The notes: a model not told the origin generated them from the letters alone. A stretch of 59,385 nt of DNA from Octopus bimaculoides (GCF_001194135.2 NC_068982.1:109450731-109510115); one strand, 5' to 3'; counted from the first letter of the stretch, positions 38,621 through 52,164 are shown. Made by a program: numbers and translations.

Positions 38621-39961
38621 ATATTACCATAAAACTCTTGGTACATTTGCATTCAGGCAATCTTTAAAAAAAGCTTCGTTGTCTTTGTGTATTTGTTCTA
38701 CAAAGAAACCTAACTGGGAGGAGTAGATGGACGATAGATACCTGAATGTATAAGAATGAACAAACATGTTATTATTCTATAATAACTTGAACTCGGTCTA
38801 TTGTAAAAATTCCAAAGATATGTCTAATTAATTTCTTTTTATTAATATGACGATTTGATGTAATTTTATTTTTCTAAGTATCTGTGAGTATTTTGTGAAG
38901 ATTTTTGTGCCATAGTTGCTGTACGATGTGCAACAAGAGAGATTGGGAATTATATTATCTGAATGTCTGTTCTTCCATCCAGTAAATAGACTTTAATTGT
39001 TTTCCCCATGCTCTATTGTTAGTGTAAATTTAGTAAATAACAAAGCTATTTTATGTTACTTAAAATTCGTCAGGAATTCTTCAGACACATAAATGAATAA
39101 TTTTTCGTTAATTATACAGAAGATGTGTATTGCACGATATCTCAAGAGATATGTTATAGACAATATGAGAAATATATCTAAAGCTGTGCTACTGTGCAAA
39201 GGGATATTGAAAAATAATAAGCAATCGTAGCTATACTTTTGGCTTCAAAAGTTATAGGCATGTAATGCTAATGATGTTGGCCTGTTTCAAGTACTTTTGG
39301 AAGATATTTAAAGACCACTGATATACTTATTGTCCTTTAGATCCCTTTCAAGATAAAGTCAAATCACCAATGCCCCTACATTCGTCCTTTTTATAACTAG
39401 TGATATTTATTAAATGTCAGCAAGATGAAATATTTTTGATAATCATTCATTTTTAAATGCCTTCGCCGTATCTTGTGTTCGGCTATGTTTTTTAAAGTCA
39501 TATGTATGTTATGCCTCTTTATTTTATGAATATGTATGTGTTATATTGTGTTTTCTTTCATATAAATGAATGTATGTTCATTGGTTTATAGTTAAAAGAA
39601 ATATAGTTCATTTATACGTTATGATTTATTTTATTTCATAAGCTATTTATTAGCTTCATATCTAAAAGAATATGTGATGTAGTGATTGAAACGGAGATTA
39701 TAAAATTGTTATTTGTGCAAATTGTCATGAATTAATTAGAGTAAGAACTCAATACTTTTTCACATATCAAAGAATTTTCCACTATAAATTTCGTATTCTT
39801 GGATATTCTAGAATTAAGTAGACTAACTAATTTTCATGGGATTGCTTCCTCTTAAAATTTGTTGAATGATATGTTTGGGGTCCGTTCAACAGACGGTTAA
39901 AAATTTAATACATTTATTCAGAATAAAAAAAAATTATGTACAATAATTGATACAAGCAATA

Positions 39962-40170
39962 TATTGGCTTCAAATTTTGGCACAAGGCCAGCAATTTCGA
40001 GGGAGGTGGTAAGTTGATTAAACCAAATCCAGTCTTCAACTGGTACTTATTTTATCGACCCCCCAGTAGGATGGAAAGCGAAGTCGAACTCGGCAGAATT
40101 TGAACTCAGAACATAAGGACGAAAAGCCGCTAGGAATTTTATCCGGTCGGCTAACGATTCAGCCAGTTTT
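39962..40170 (-). mobile_element. Family A SINE
   Basis: ttcaaattttggcacaaggccagc...aactggtacttattttatcgac...gaatttgaactcagaac. Confidence 0.85.
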
Positions 40171-40466
40171 AGATTTTTATGATTGTAAGTCCATCAAGCG
40201 GTAGAAGCATATTTTCCTCTACGTCATTTATATTTTTGTAAACTATGGTTGTGCATTGGTCATGTCTTAGATTTCTATATTCACAAATATTTCCTTTTAC
40301 TACATGAAAATAAACATTGATCAAACAAAGAGAAAAAATAATTTTGAATAAGATGTTCGAATATCGAATCTAAGAAATGAGCCAATAAATTCGAAGTATT
40401 TTGATATGAGGGAATTTTATCTCAGCTTTACTGACCCTCAAGGATCTAAATAAATTCTCACATACC

Positions 40467-40518
<52 letters not shown>

Positions 40519-40716
40519 CGCACGCACACACACACATAGTCTTAACGGGCCGCTGTCGATTTTTCTTACGAAAGGGTTTCCAACCCAATATACTTTATTT
40601 CATAGCTTTATGTGTGTGTTCAAGTTACACTATTCTGCCCCCGCTTTAAACGTGCGCACAAACACGCACATACATACATATACATACCTACACACATACA
40701 TACATACATGCATACA

Positions 40717-40752
<36 letters not shown>

Positions 40753-41771
40753 CATACATACATATANNNNNNNNNNNNNNNNNNNNNNNNNNNNNNNNNN
40801 NNNNNNNNNNNNNNNNNNNNNNNNNNNNNNNNNNNNNNNNNNNNNNNNNNNNNNNNNNNNNNNNNNNNNNNNNNNNNNNNNNNNNNNNNNNNNNNNNNNN
40901 NNNNNNNNNNNNNNNNNNNNNNNNNNNNNNNNNNNNNNNNNNNNNNNNNNNNNNNNNNNNNNNNNNNNNNNNNNNNNNNNNNNNNNNNNNNNNNNNNNNN
41001 NNNNNNNNNNNNNNNNNNNNNNNNNNNNNNNNNNNNNNNNNNNNNNNNNNNNNNNNNNNNNNNNNNNNNNNNNNNNNNNNNNNNNNNNNNNNNNNNNNNN
41101 NNNNNNNNNNNNNNNNNNNNNNNNNNNNNNNNNNNNNNNNNNNNNNNNNNNNNNNNNNNNNNNNNNNNNNNNNNNNNNNNNNNNNNNNNNNNNNNNNNNN
41201 NNNNNNNNNNNNNNNNNNNNNNNNNNNNNNNNNNNNNNNNNNNNNNNNNNNNNNNNNNNNNNNNNNNNNNNNNNNNNNNNNNNNNNNNNNNNNNNNNNNN
41301 NNNNNNNNNNNNNNNNNNNNNNNNNNNNNNTATGAGTGTGTGTGTGTGTATTAGTCGAGAGGATTCCTTTGGAATCGAGGAATGCCAACGTGTAAAACGC
41401 AACCGATTGGCTAAAAGAACACAGAGCAAATATCGAAATAATCTATCTTCGTAGATAACATTATACAGAACTGGATACTGTTGTTGGCTACTCAATTCCA
41501 GTTATTTATCAATGATCCGATTGCTAGGGGAACTCATCGTGTGACGCAAATATAATAATAAACAGATGAATGGAGCTTAAATTTGCGACATTTAACACTA
41601 TTTAATGCTGGAAACACTATTTAATGCTGTTTCCAGGTCATCAGGCGAATTTAAACACAGTCAACCACGAATGACCGATATTTCAACTTGTAGTGTTAAA
41701 GGTAACGGTACTGATATATAAATCCAGCAAGTGCCTGTATTCAACCTCTGGCCAACAATTATACACTCACG

Positions 41772-41811
<40 letters not shown>

Positions 41812-41821
41812 NNNNNNNNNN

Positions 41822-41856
<35 letters not shown>

Positions 41857-42012
41857 ATGTATGTATGTATGTATGTATTCATGTATTTGCATCTGATGAT
41901 ATATACGCCTGTAATAATCTTCTGTTTATGCGAAAATGTGTCAACTGTCAACCATGTATGCGTATATTATATTGTCTATTATATTGTCTACAATGTTCTT
42001 TATTTACTATAG

Positions 42013-42122
42013 CTTTAAATTGGAGCACATCAGCATTAGCTAACTACACATTCTATTCGGTTGATATTCTATTCAAAGACAAGAACTATATTCGTGGAAT
42101 TGAATCTAATATCGAAGGCACA
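42013..42122 (+). CDS. Ret: Ret exon E (CLD3 second part); 110 nt, phase 1 to 0
   Basis: Acceptor ctttatttactatag|CT and donor ACA|gtaagt. (A)LNWSTSALANYTFYSVDILFKDKNYIRGIESNIEGT resembles human [25 protein letters not shown]. Confidence 0.78.
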
Positions 42123-42320
42123 GTAAGTAATATGTTTGACAAAGTTCAATACTCCTTATTTGCATATTGATAGTATACCTTTTTACTCATATAAGTATTT
42201 TCCACAAGAAATAAATATTTTGTTGACCACAAATAGTTACATTTATACATGTTCTAAATATATTCACCTACTGTCTCTCATGCATTTCAACTATGTTGAT
42301 TAGAACTATAACAACGCATG

Positions 42321-42351
<31 letters not shown>

Positions 42352-43134
42352 CATGAAAAAAATTTAAGTAAAGCAAAAAATTGGATTTGAGTACAATTAA
42401 CTTTTTAAAAACAAACCATATTTTAATTAAGCTTAAATGATAGAGCTCAATTCGAGGAATTTCATGGTATCAATCTCATGCAATGAAGTTTTAAAAGAAA
42501 AAAAGTTATGAGGGTTTGTTTCTCAAATTTGAGGGTGATAATATAGTTCTATACTTTTTAATAATATAGTTCTATAAGGGGACTTTTAATCTATGTCACC
42601 GGCGTCATTGAGGTAAGCAAAAAGTTATCACGACACCGCTAATTGACACATTTGATATATTATCAATTAGTATATTAGCATAGCCTGGAAAAAACATAGT
42701 TTACATGGAAAAATGCGAGCAAGAGAAATAATATTCTGAAGATTATAAACCTGGAAAATTACAGGACAAGTAAACATTTTCTTGTTCTGTACTTTGCCAG
42801 ATGTAATAAGATGTCCTGAACTTTTCCAAGTGTAATAACTTGTCCTGTAATTTTCCAGGTTTATAATCTTAAGAGTATTGTTTTCTTGCTCGCATTTTTC
42901 CATATAATATATNNNNNNNNNNNNNNNNNNNNNNNNNNNNNNNNNNNNNNNNNNNNNNNNNNNNNNNNNNNNNNNNNNNNNNNNNNNNNNNNNNNNNNNN
43001 NNNNNNNNNNNNNNNNNNNNNNNNNNNNNNNNNNNNNNNNNNNNNNNNNNNNNNNNNNNNNNNNNNNNNNNNNNNNNNNNNNNNNNNNNNNNNNNNNNNN
43101 NNNNNNNNNNNNNNNNNNNNNNNNNNNNNNNNNN

Positions 43135-43478
43135 GCCTTGGGCAAGTGTCTTCTACTACAGCCTCGGGCCGACCAAAGCCTTGTGAGTGGATTTGGTAGA
43201 TGGAAACTGAAAGAAGCCCGTTGTATATATGTATATATATATGTATGTGTGTGTGTATGTTTGTGTGTCTGTGTTTGCCCCCCCCCCAACATCGCTTGAC
43301 AACTGATGCTGATGTGTTAATATCCCCGTAACTTAGCGGTTCGTCTAAAGAGACCGATAGAATAAGTACTAGGCTTACAAAGAATAAGTCCTGGGGTCGA
43401 TTAGCTCGACTAAAAAGGCGGTGCTCCAGCATGGCCACAGTCAAATGACTGAAACAAGTAAAAGGGTAAAAGAGTATA
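43135..43478 (+). mobile_element. CORE-type SINE, well preserved; head lost in the gap
   Basis: gccttgggcaagtgtcttctactacagcctcgggccgaccaaagcc...gactgaaacaagtaaaagggtaaaagagta. Confidence 0.88.
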
Positions 43479-43621
43479 TATATGCAATTGATCATAGGAA
43501 TAAAATTATCAAATAAAAAAATCATAAATGTTTCGTAGTTTTAGGAACGCATTACCTTGAACTGTTTTCATTATAATGTGTGTCCGTGCATAAGTAAGAG
43601 AGAGAGAGAGAGAGAGGTGGG

Positions 43622-43665
<44 letters not shown>

Positions 43666-43749
43666 GTAGGTAGTTAGAGAAAGGCGGTTCTGCAATTTCT
43701 TGCTGAACAAATAATTTGTTTATAGAGATCAAATGTGTGCTGTACATTT

Positions 43750-43945
43750 GTACCTCACTTCCTCCATCAAATCGGCGTTACCTGAACAATTGCACGGTGT
43801 ACCACACGTTAAGTATCGAAGTGATCGCGGAGCAACGCGAGACTTAGTGTTTTGCACAATAAAACAATGCAACACTTGGCCCAGAAATTGAAACCATGAT
43901 CTCGCGGTCGTGAGTGCAACTCACTAACCACTCGGTCATTCCCTC
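43750..43945 (-). mobile_element. Third tRNA-derived SINE family (family C), head region
   Basis: Reverse complement atgaccgagtggttagtgagttgcactcacgaccgcgagatcatggtttcaatttc has A-box and B-box-like motifs. A similar head lies at 51430-51545. Confidence 0.55.
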
Positions 43946-44122
43946 TCACACTTGCACACACACACTCGCATGCATGCGTGGTGCAAGCACACGCACATGT
44001 ATCCATTTGTTGTTCGACTAGTTTTCAAACTGTAGCTATCATGTCTTAGTATCTGGTATATCATAATCAGGATGCTACTTCAAATTTCCCCTTACCATTT
44101 TAAAATACATAACTGGATAATA

Positions 44123-45421
44123 TTGGGTTGGCAACTAAGTTCCCGCGGTTTTTTTAAATTAAAATTTTTTAAAAGGTTTAATAAAAAATATCAGCTAATT
44201 AATCAATAATGTATTCACCCTTGTTGTTTACAACTTCTTCTCAACGTTCAACAAGATTTTCAATACCTCGTTAGTAGAAATAACGCGATTTCGACTCGAA
44301 AAATTGATCCAACCAATCTCTCAATTCTGCACCAGTATTGAACGAAACTCCGCGTATGGCATTTGAAAGAGATCGAAAGACATGGAAATCCGTTGGTGCC
44401 AAATCAGGAGAGTACGGCGGGTGTGGCAGCACTTCCCAGCCATGCGTTTGAATGGCTTCCTTGGTCATATTGGCGATATGAGGGCGGGCGTTGTCGTGCA
44501 GCAGAAGAATTCTATGCTGCCGATTAGGTATTTTCTCTTGAATAGCCGCGTTGAGTCGTTCCATCAGTTGAACATAGAGTTCTGCGTTGACTGTTTGGTT
44601 CCGTTCAAGCAATTCGTAATGGATAATCCCTTCCCAGTCCCACCATACGCACAACATCGTTTTACGCGGATGATCTTGTTTCACGCGCGGTATCGCTTGT
44701 TTACCGGGGCTAAGCCATTTCTTACGCTGCTTCATATTGATGTACAGGCACCATTTTTCGTCGCCAGTAACGATTCGGTAAAGAAATTGTTGCTTGTGTC
44801 CATGAGTTGAGCGGTGACGAGCAAGCAAACCAGCGGAGATTGTGGCTCGTTGATTTTTGTTGTTGTCACTTAAAGCATGCGGAACCCATGCTCCATACTA
44901 CTGAAACTTTCCCATCGAATGAAGATGCTTCTCTATAGCAGTGTGGGAGCATTCCATTTTCTCTGCCAGTTCCCTTGTCGTTTTGACGTGAATGTTCGTG
45001 CAAAAGTTGGTTTAATCGCTCTTCATCGAACTCAACTGGACGGCCAGAACAAGTTGCGTCTTTGAGGTCAAAATTTCCATTTGTGAACTTGGTATACCCA
45101 TCACAAGCGGATTTTTCAGTTATAGCGCCCTCTCCATGCACAGCACAAATGTCTCGAGCAGCTTTTGCGGCCTTAGAACCTTGATTAAAAGCAAAAAGAA
45201 GGAGGTGTCGAAAATGCTCGTTTTTCTTAACTTGACATTCCATTTTAATGATCTGAAAATAAACAAAAATTAACTAAAATTAAATAGAAAAAACAAACAA
45301 AACAAAATAGATTCCAAAATGATTCAAAAATAGAATTCTCGAAAAAACTAGATTCCAAAATTTAAAAGCGCAATAAATTTTAAAATTAAAAGAAACGGCG
45401 GGAACTTAGTTGCCAACCCAA
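44123..45421 (-). mobile_element. Full-length (1299 bp) mariner transposon with a pseudogenized DD34D transposase
   Basis: TA|ttgggttggcaactaagttcccgcggttt ... aaacggcgggaacttagttgccaacccaa|TA, with 1 mismatch in 29 bp. ATG at 45243 gives MECQVKKNEHFRH; motifs WVPHAL, IVTGDEKW, HDNARPH, HPPYSPDLAPTDFHVF. One +1 frameshift (cgtcaaaacg) and about three premature stops. Confidence 0.97.
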
Positions 45422-46786
45422 TATGAATATAGTTGTCCGACTTTAAGACGTTCATGGAAAATTTGAAGTACGATAACGCAAATCTATCACGCCTCCATAT
45501 ACACACTTAGACAATTTAGTTGACTCATTCCCTGTGCTACTAACCGACACACTCCTGTCTCCAAATCACGGAATTAGACCTACTAAACTGGATGAACCGC
45601 TACAATATTTATGAAATTTACACAGAATACCTTGGCATATATTCAGTAAGGTCAACAACGACATAACACTCAGATGTACTATTATAATTGCAAGCGATAT
45701 CATTAAGGCTTTTTTTCCATTCCCCACTTATACCCCAAATCTTAAATGTCTACAAAAGAAATAACGCAAACATTTGTTTTCTCTTATATCAAGGTAGCGC
45801 TATGTACAAAAACAATATTTCAAAAAAAAAAAAAGAAAAAGAAAAAGAAAAAAAGCAGCTGACAAAATGGAATGCCTTTGATTATTGGTATGTTCGATCA
45901 GGGGCGAAGAAACAAGGAAAAAACAATAGCAATAATAGTAGTCTCTTTTGTTACCAAAAATACTAGCAATCTTCAAATACAACCAACCATCATATCCATG
46001 CTCATAAACATACCATACACAAACAAATACCAAAATACTAGTAGTTAATATATAGTAACCCCACTGCACACGCAGTACATATGTAGACTATAATGAACGT
46101 CGTCCAAGTATATCTAGAGCACTAAGATGTACCAGACTTAACCAATAGAAAAATATAACGATAATGAGGTACAAACAATATATTAGACACATCATGGATT
46201 ATGTCAGCCATATCTGGGTCTGCATCAAACCACAGCAAACGACAAAATCACAAAGCACATCTTACATCATTATTGGTTAACACAGATCACACTCAATTAT
46301 AGGTCGAACACAGGCTATGCGTACAACGAAACAAATGAAAGACTTCCTAGAAATGCAAAGGACATGACAAACAACTAGAATATCGCCCTAAAATCTTTAT
46401 CTCTCGTGCTTAGCCCAGAAAAATATAAAATGATACATTTACACTGATATACTGCAACATTGATCGTCTCATTAGTCCCAAGTACTCTGCTGGTATTGAC
46501 ACTAACAATAACTGGTACAGCATAGTTCGCACTCTGACCGAGATCATTTTGTCACTCTTTGTTGCGGCCGCTGTTCAGTCGAGCCAAATGGTGCAACCTC
46601 TATATAGTCACTCAAGTTGCCAGAAACAACTGCCAGATCATCTTCAAATCACACTCTGTTAACAGAATAAGTGTAGACACATTGGATAATGTTGTAGATG
46701 AATTATCTAAAAGAACAAAGTGGTCCCAACCTAAATGACTATGAATATAGGCGTTCAGAAATAAAGTGGGTATTGTAGAGTACATC

Positions 46787-47182
46787 TTTATCTTTTACAT
46801 GTTTCAGTCATTGGGCTGCAGCTATGTTGGGACACCGCCTTGAAGAGATATTAGTCGAGCAAATCGATCCCAGCTTTAATTTCTTTAAAGTTTGGTACTT
46901 ATTCTATCAGTCTCTTTAACTGTTGAGTGATGGGGACGTAAGTAAACCAACACCAGTTGTCAAGCTGTGTGTGTTGCGGCGGTGTGGGTAAAAACGATGG
47001 CATAAAGACACATGCACACACATATACGACGGTTTTCTACACAGTTTCCATCTAAGAAATTGACTCACAAGGCATTGGTCGTCCTAGTGTTATAATAGAA
47101 GACGCCCACGGTACCACCGCGGTGGGACTGAACCCGAACTACGTGGCTGCAAAGCAAGCTTCTTAACTACACAGCCATACCT
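46787..47182 (-). mobile_element. Full-length CORE-type SINE, diverged
   Basis: catgtttcagtcattgggctgc ... gggactgaacccgaactacgtggctgcaaagcaagcttcttaactacacagcca. Confidence 0.85.
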
Positions 47183-48334
47183 GAAACCCAATGCAAATAC
47201 GCTTTGTATTTCGGATTGCACGGTATGGTCCTCGACTAAGAGGTAACATGAATATCTATAATAATTGATCTGTGTTTAATACCCAATAGACAACTTGGAG
47301 GCTGTAGCTCTGCTCGATGAGAAGTGACTTGAGGCATAACCAACAACAACAACACTTGTTAATTTGTATGAAATGTTCGTTATCATATCTAGAGAAAAAT
47401 ACACGTTAAAGAAACATATTACACATTAACATAGATTTTTTTTCTAACGAAAGGTTATGTGCTTAGTCGTATCATCGAAAGACACTGAAATCTACAATAT
47501 TTAGTACTTATACTAGTGTTGTTTACTTCTGCATCGTACTGGCAATGCTGGACGTTATACTTTCATTATTATGTGCAAATAATCCATTATTGCCCGTAAT
47601 ACAAATTAGCCATATATTGTGTGCTTGGATTAAATTTGAAAGAGATAAGGCTAAATAAGAAAGAAAAAAAAATGAATGGAAAAATAGTTTGTGTTCTTTA
47701 GGATACTGAAGTATTTGCACTAACGTAATATCACAAACTCTTATCTGGTTTGGGGTAATTCAACCTAATCTCCACTGAATTCCCATCGGTTTTTCTTCTT
47801 TAAGTGTGGGGAAATAACTTAGTGGTTATGGTATCGGTATGATATGATAATGACATCAAACTACTGCAACCCTGGCAGCGAAATACTAAATACGATAATA
47901 GTACAGTTTATCTAACTCAATGAAATATTGACTCGATCTAATACTATGTAACTTTGCTGAATGTATAAATAGTACTGCGTCCAGTGTAGTACTTTGTGAG
48001 CTAAGTTATCATTACTGACCTATATCTAGTGTTGTATAATCTGAACTATATGAACTAGTTCAATAGACCTCAGCTCCCTGTACTCCTTTCTATGAAATAT
48101 TAAGTAAGAACAGAAGATACATTTCAAAATTTCCTGTGGGTCTAGTATCGGTATTTGTCTTTTCATGAAGTTTAACCGATTGAAAACAAATGATCTGGAC
48201 CTACAAGCTAATGATGCAAAGATATTGTGTATGCTTAGACTGAAAGACAGTGTGAGAATGATACAATGCCAGGTTTTAAATTGAAATGTTTTTATACGAG
48301 ACATTAAATCTAGCATGCTTATAAACTGCATCTT

Positions 48335-48515
<181 letters not shown>

Positions 48516-49989
48516 TAATAATACTTTCACAGCCGCAGGTGCTCTCAGATAACAATAACAGTACGCCCTCGCATTAAAAACATACTAAGTGAAAATGATA
48601 ACAGCAACAGTAAAATCACTAACAACATTATCAGCTACAAAACAAGAACATTATCCAATTCGGACTTTTTATTCGATGTAATCATTATGTCTTTTGCATA
48701 TACACACACGCACGCACACACACACACATACACACACATACACACTTATACACACACATACACACTTATACACACATATTCACTGACTCCTACGCCTTCT
48801 GCATGTTTTTGTATTCTGTGACACCACACTGTTTTATGTCTACACTTCACCCATAACACTACATCTCGATATTCCATGTCAATCTGCAATTCAATTCGTC
48901 TCTAAATGAATGGGATCGCAACCCCCTACTGTCAAACTGTCCCGCAGCATTATTTTATTAAATATTACCCTACACATTTCAGCTACGCCAATCTCGTAAG
49001 TTTAGTAAGATCTGCGAAGGTCATGGTCATTGGTTCTGTCTCTAGATTAAATATAGCTCTATAATGCGAGTGCTCCTTACAATGCTATTTCATATCAATC
49101 GTCTTAATTCTACTAAGTCAGTATGTTCAGGCCAGTGTCCCTATCTACTGCATAACTACTGCATCCATCACACAAAAACGAATTACTACCCACCACACAA
49201 AATCTTTTGAGGTTACTCATCTTATTACCAACTAATTTTAATTACCTCTGACCTCAAACTTGCAAAACCACCCACAATTTTCCGCTTATATCTAATTACC
49301 AGAAACTCAAACTTCATTCTTATGTAACCAGAACGGACACACGCGCGCAAACACACAGACATACACACTCGTATAAATACAAACATATATAAAAGAGAGA
49401 GAAACATAAATACAGACACATGTACGCTTATAATACACACGCACGCACACACACACTTGCACACACACACTTGCACACACATACATATTGTGTGCGTCTT
49501 AGAAAAATATTTCTCAAATGTAAAACAGAACAGTAATACACACATATAATAAAATGAAATACAACGCATAGTCAAGTCGGACTGACTTCAAAGACTGAAA
49601 TAACATGGTGTATCTCTGAAATATTTCCTGTTTAATGACACCAGGTTGATGTATTTGATAAGAATCCGTTGGAAGGAAAGAGGTGAATTTGTTTTCTCTT
49701 GAGGAAAGATTAAGCATTGCACAACAGGTTTTTATAACAAGTTCTCATGGTGACAGCAAGTTATAAGGATCAATATATACACACACATATATCTGTGTGT
49801 GTGAATGCTTGTGTATGCATGTTTGTAAGTCTATGTCTGTTTGTCTGTCCCCTTATTTAAAAATAAATACTTTGGTTAAGTATCAGCCACGACGCTACCA
49901 AAGCCCTGTGATTGAAATCGCTAGGAAGAAACTGTTTCAAAACCCGTCTCACATATATATGCATGTACGTTTTTACGTATGTATGTATG

Positions 49990-50020
<31 letters not shown>

Positions 50021-50134
50021 ATAAATATGTACGGACAAAGGAAGGTATACTGAACAGCCAAAAAGATTAATTTTTCTTTTATTAAATTTGCGAAGTCAAC
50101 ATTCATTTGACAATGATTTGCCAACTTCACCTTT

Positions 50135-50330
50135 TTAGGCTAACAACACCTGCGTAGTGTGTGAGGAGATGTGTCGGAGTTGCTCTGGTTTGAAAAGGTC
50201 CATGAATGTGCATAACATTATAAGTAAGCTATACATACCCTGCAGAAGTTTTCATGCTTATTTCATATATGTCAAGCTCTGCAGGTCAACTTTTGGTCTT
50301 AAGAGTCATCTCAGAATATATGAACGTAAT
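50135..50330 (+). mobile_element. 3' remnant of an RTE-like LINE (C-terminal zinc-finger-like motifs)
   Basis: NTCVVCEEMCRSCSGLKRSMNVH and KLCRSTFGLKSHLRIY resemble the CxSxxGLxSHxRxH motif at the end of RTE ORF2. Confidence 0.5.
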
Positions 50331-50387
50331 GGAGATTATTACTACGATGTGCATAGTGATGGCTATTATCTATCAACAAGAAACGAT

Positions 50388-50815
50388 CATTCACTGTATT
50401 TTGGCATATATATTGTATATATGCCAAAATACAGTGAATGGCTTTCTTCGGGGTTCGAATATGCTCAAGCATATTCGAAGTGGTATCAAATTTGTATTTA
50501 TACTCATCATTGTTTAGTGCTATCACCCTCAATCGAGTGAATAGCGCTACCAAGCACTAAACGATGATGGGAATATCATAAGAGGGGCCTGTTTCGCGTG
50601 TCAGATCGCGAAGTCTGTCCTTTCGTTTTCTGTTGCTAAGAAGGAGATTACCACTCCAACCAAAATGCATGCATCGAACAGTTGTTGTTAGACGAAGTTG
50701 TGCTCGTTGTATTTACACATTTTAAGCTACAGCGAGAAGTTTTCTCCATGACAAACTAGTGAATGGCTTTCTTACAAGTCCGAATATGCCTCAAGCATAT
50801 TTGAACTAGTAACAA
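50388..50815. repeat. Hairpin-rich element with an internal direct repeat; unclassified non-autonomous element
   Basis: Hairpins at 50388-50440, 50454-50479 and 50505-50569. The segment agtgaatggct...cgaatatgc(c)tcaagcatatt.gaa recurs at about 50757-50810. Confidence 0.7.
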
Positions 50816-50996
50816 GTTGATATATGTATGTAATATATATATATATATATATATATATANNNNNNNNNNNNNNNNNNNNNNNNNNNNNNNNNNNNNNNNN
50901 NNNNNNNNNNNNNNNNNNNNNNNNNNNNNNNNNNNNNNNNNNNNNNNNNNNNNNNNNNNNNNNNNNNNNNNNNNNNNNNNNNNNNNNNNNTATATA

Positions 50997-51322
50997 GGCG
51001 CTGGCGTGGCTGTGTGGTAGTAAGAAGCTTACTTCTCGACCACATGGTTCCGGGTTTTGTCCTACTGTGGGACAACTTACGCAAATGTCTTGTACTATAG
51101 CCTCGAGCCGACTAAAGCCTTGTGAATGGACCTGGTAGACGGAAACTGAAAGAAGTCCGTCGTATATATGTATATATCTAATATGTGTATGATCTGTGTC
51201 TGTGTTTGTCCCCCACCATCACTTGACAACCGGTGGTTGTGTGTTTACATCCTCGTAACATAGCGGTTCAGCAAAATAGACCGATATAATAAGTACTAGG
51301 CTTTAAAAAATAAGTCCTGGGG
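50997..51322 (+). mobile_element. CORE-type SINE with tRNA-like head, 3'-truncated
   Basis: ggcgctggcgtggctgtgtggtagtaagaagc...ggttccgggttt...ctatagcctcgagccgactaaagcc...aagtcctgggg. Confidence 0.88.
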
Positions 51323-51349
51323 TTAGGGTTAAGACAATATACATATATA

Positions 51350-51545
51350 TATATAAAAGGTTCAAAGGTTCAGGAAGCCAGTTGCCCGAATTCTGTGGCG
51401 TATAAATTCCTCCGTAGACAGGAGACTGGTACCTTCACAGGATTATGCATTGGTGTTTTTGCTCGAGAATACAATTCATTGCCTGGTCCAGGAATCGAAA
51501 CCATTATCTTACGATTATGAGTGCAACACCTTAACTTTTAAGCCT
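51350..51545 (-). mobile_element. Family C SINE fragment
   Basis: cctggtccaggaatcgaaaccattatcttacgattatgagtgcaacaccttaac resembles the head at 43870-43940. Confidence 0.5.
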
Positions 51546-52113
51546 CTCGTGTTTCGACATACACACATACACACGCATGTATGTATGTATGTATGTATGT
51601 ATGTATGTATGTATGCATGAATTATGTGTGTGTGTATATACATGTATATATATATGCATACACACACATACACACACACATGCATATATGTGTGTATGTA
51701 TATATATATATGCATATATATATTCATGTGTATATATGTATGCATGTATTATTAGTAATAATTCAATTTGCATTGTTAAAAATGTTTTATGTGAAGAGTA
51801 TCAATATTGATATATTCTCAGACGAAACAAAACGTCTTTTGCTGGACTCAGTGCTTTAAAAAAAACGTATTCACACTCAAAATTAATACTTTGAGTACTT
51901 TATTAATAGTTGGCTTACCATGTTCCCACGTACGAGTTAATCGCAGCATCTATCTACCTGTCTACCTGACTATCAACCTACTTTCCTGCCTACCTACCAA
52001 CCTACCTACCTACCTACCTACCTACCTACCTACCTACTTGTCTATCGGTCAGCCCGATTGTCTCCATCTGTTTGTCTGTCTGTCTGAGTGGCTCTCTTTC
52101 TCTGTCTCTGTCC

Positions 52114-52164
<51 letters not shown>

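Noticed and set aside
39120-39230. Acceptor-like ttatacag followed by an open stretch
   Set aside because: All three frames stop before a donor, and exons D and E already join in phase.
51320-51333. gggttagggtta, telomere-like, at the SINE truncation point
   Set aside because: About two units only, too short to call an interstitial telomere.
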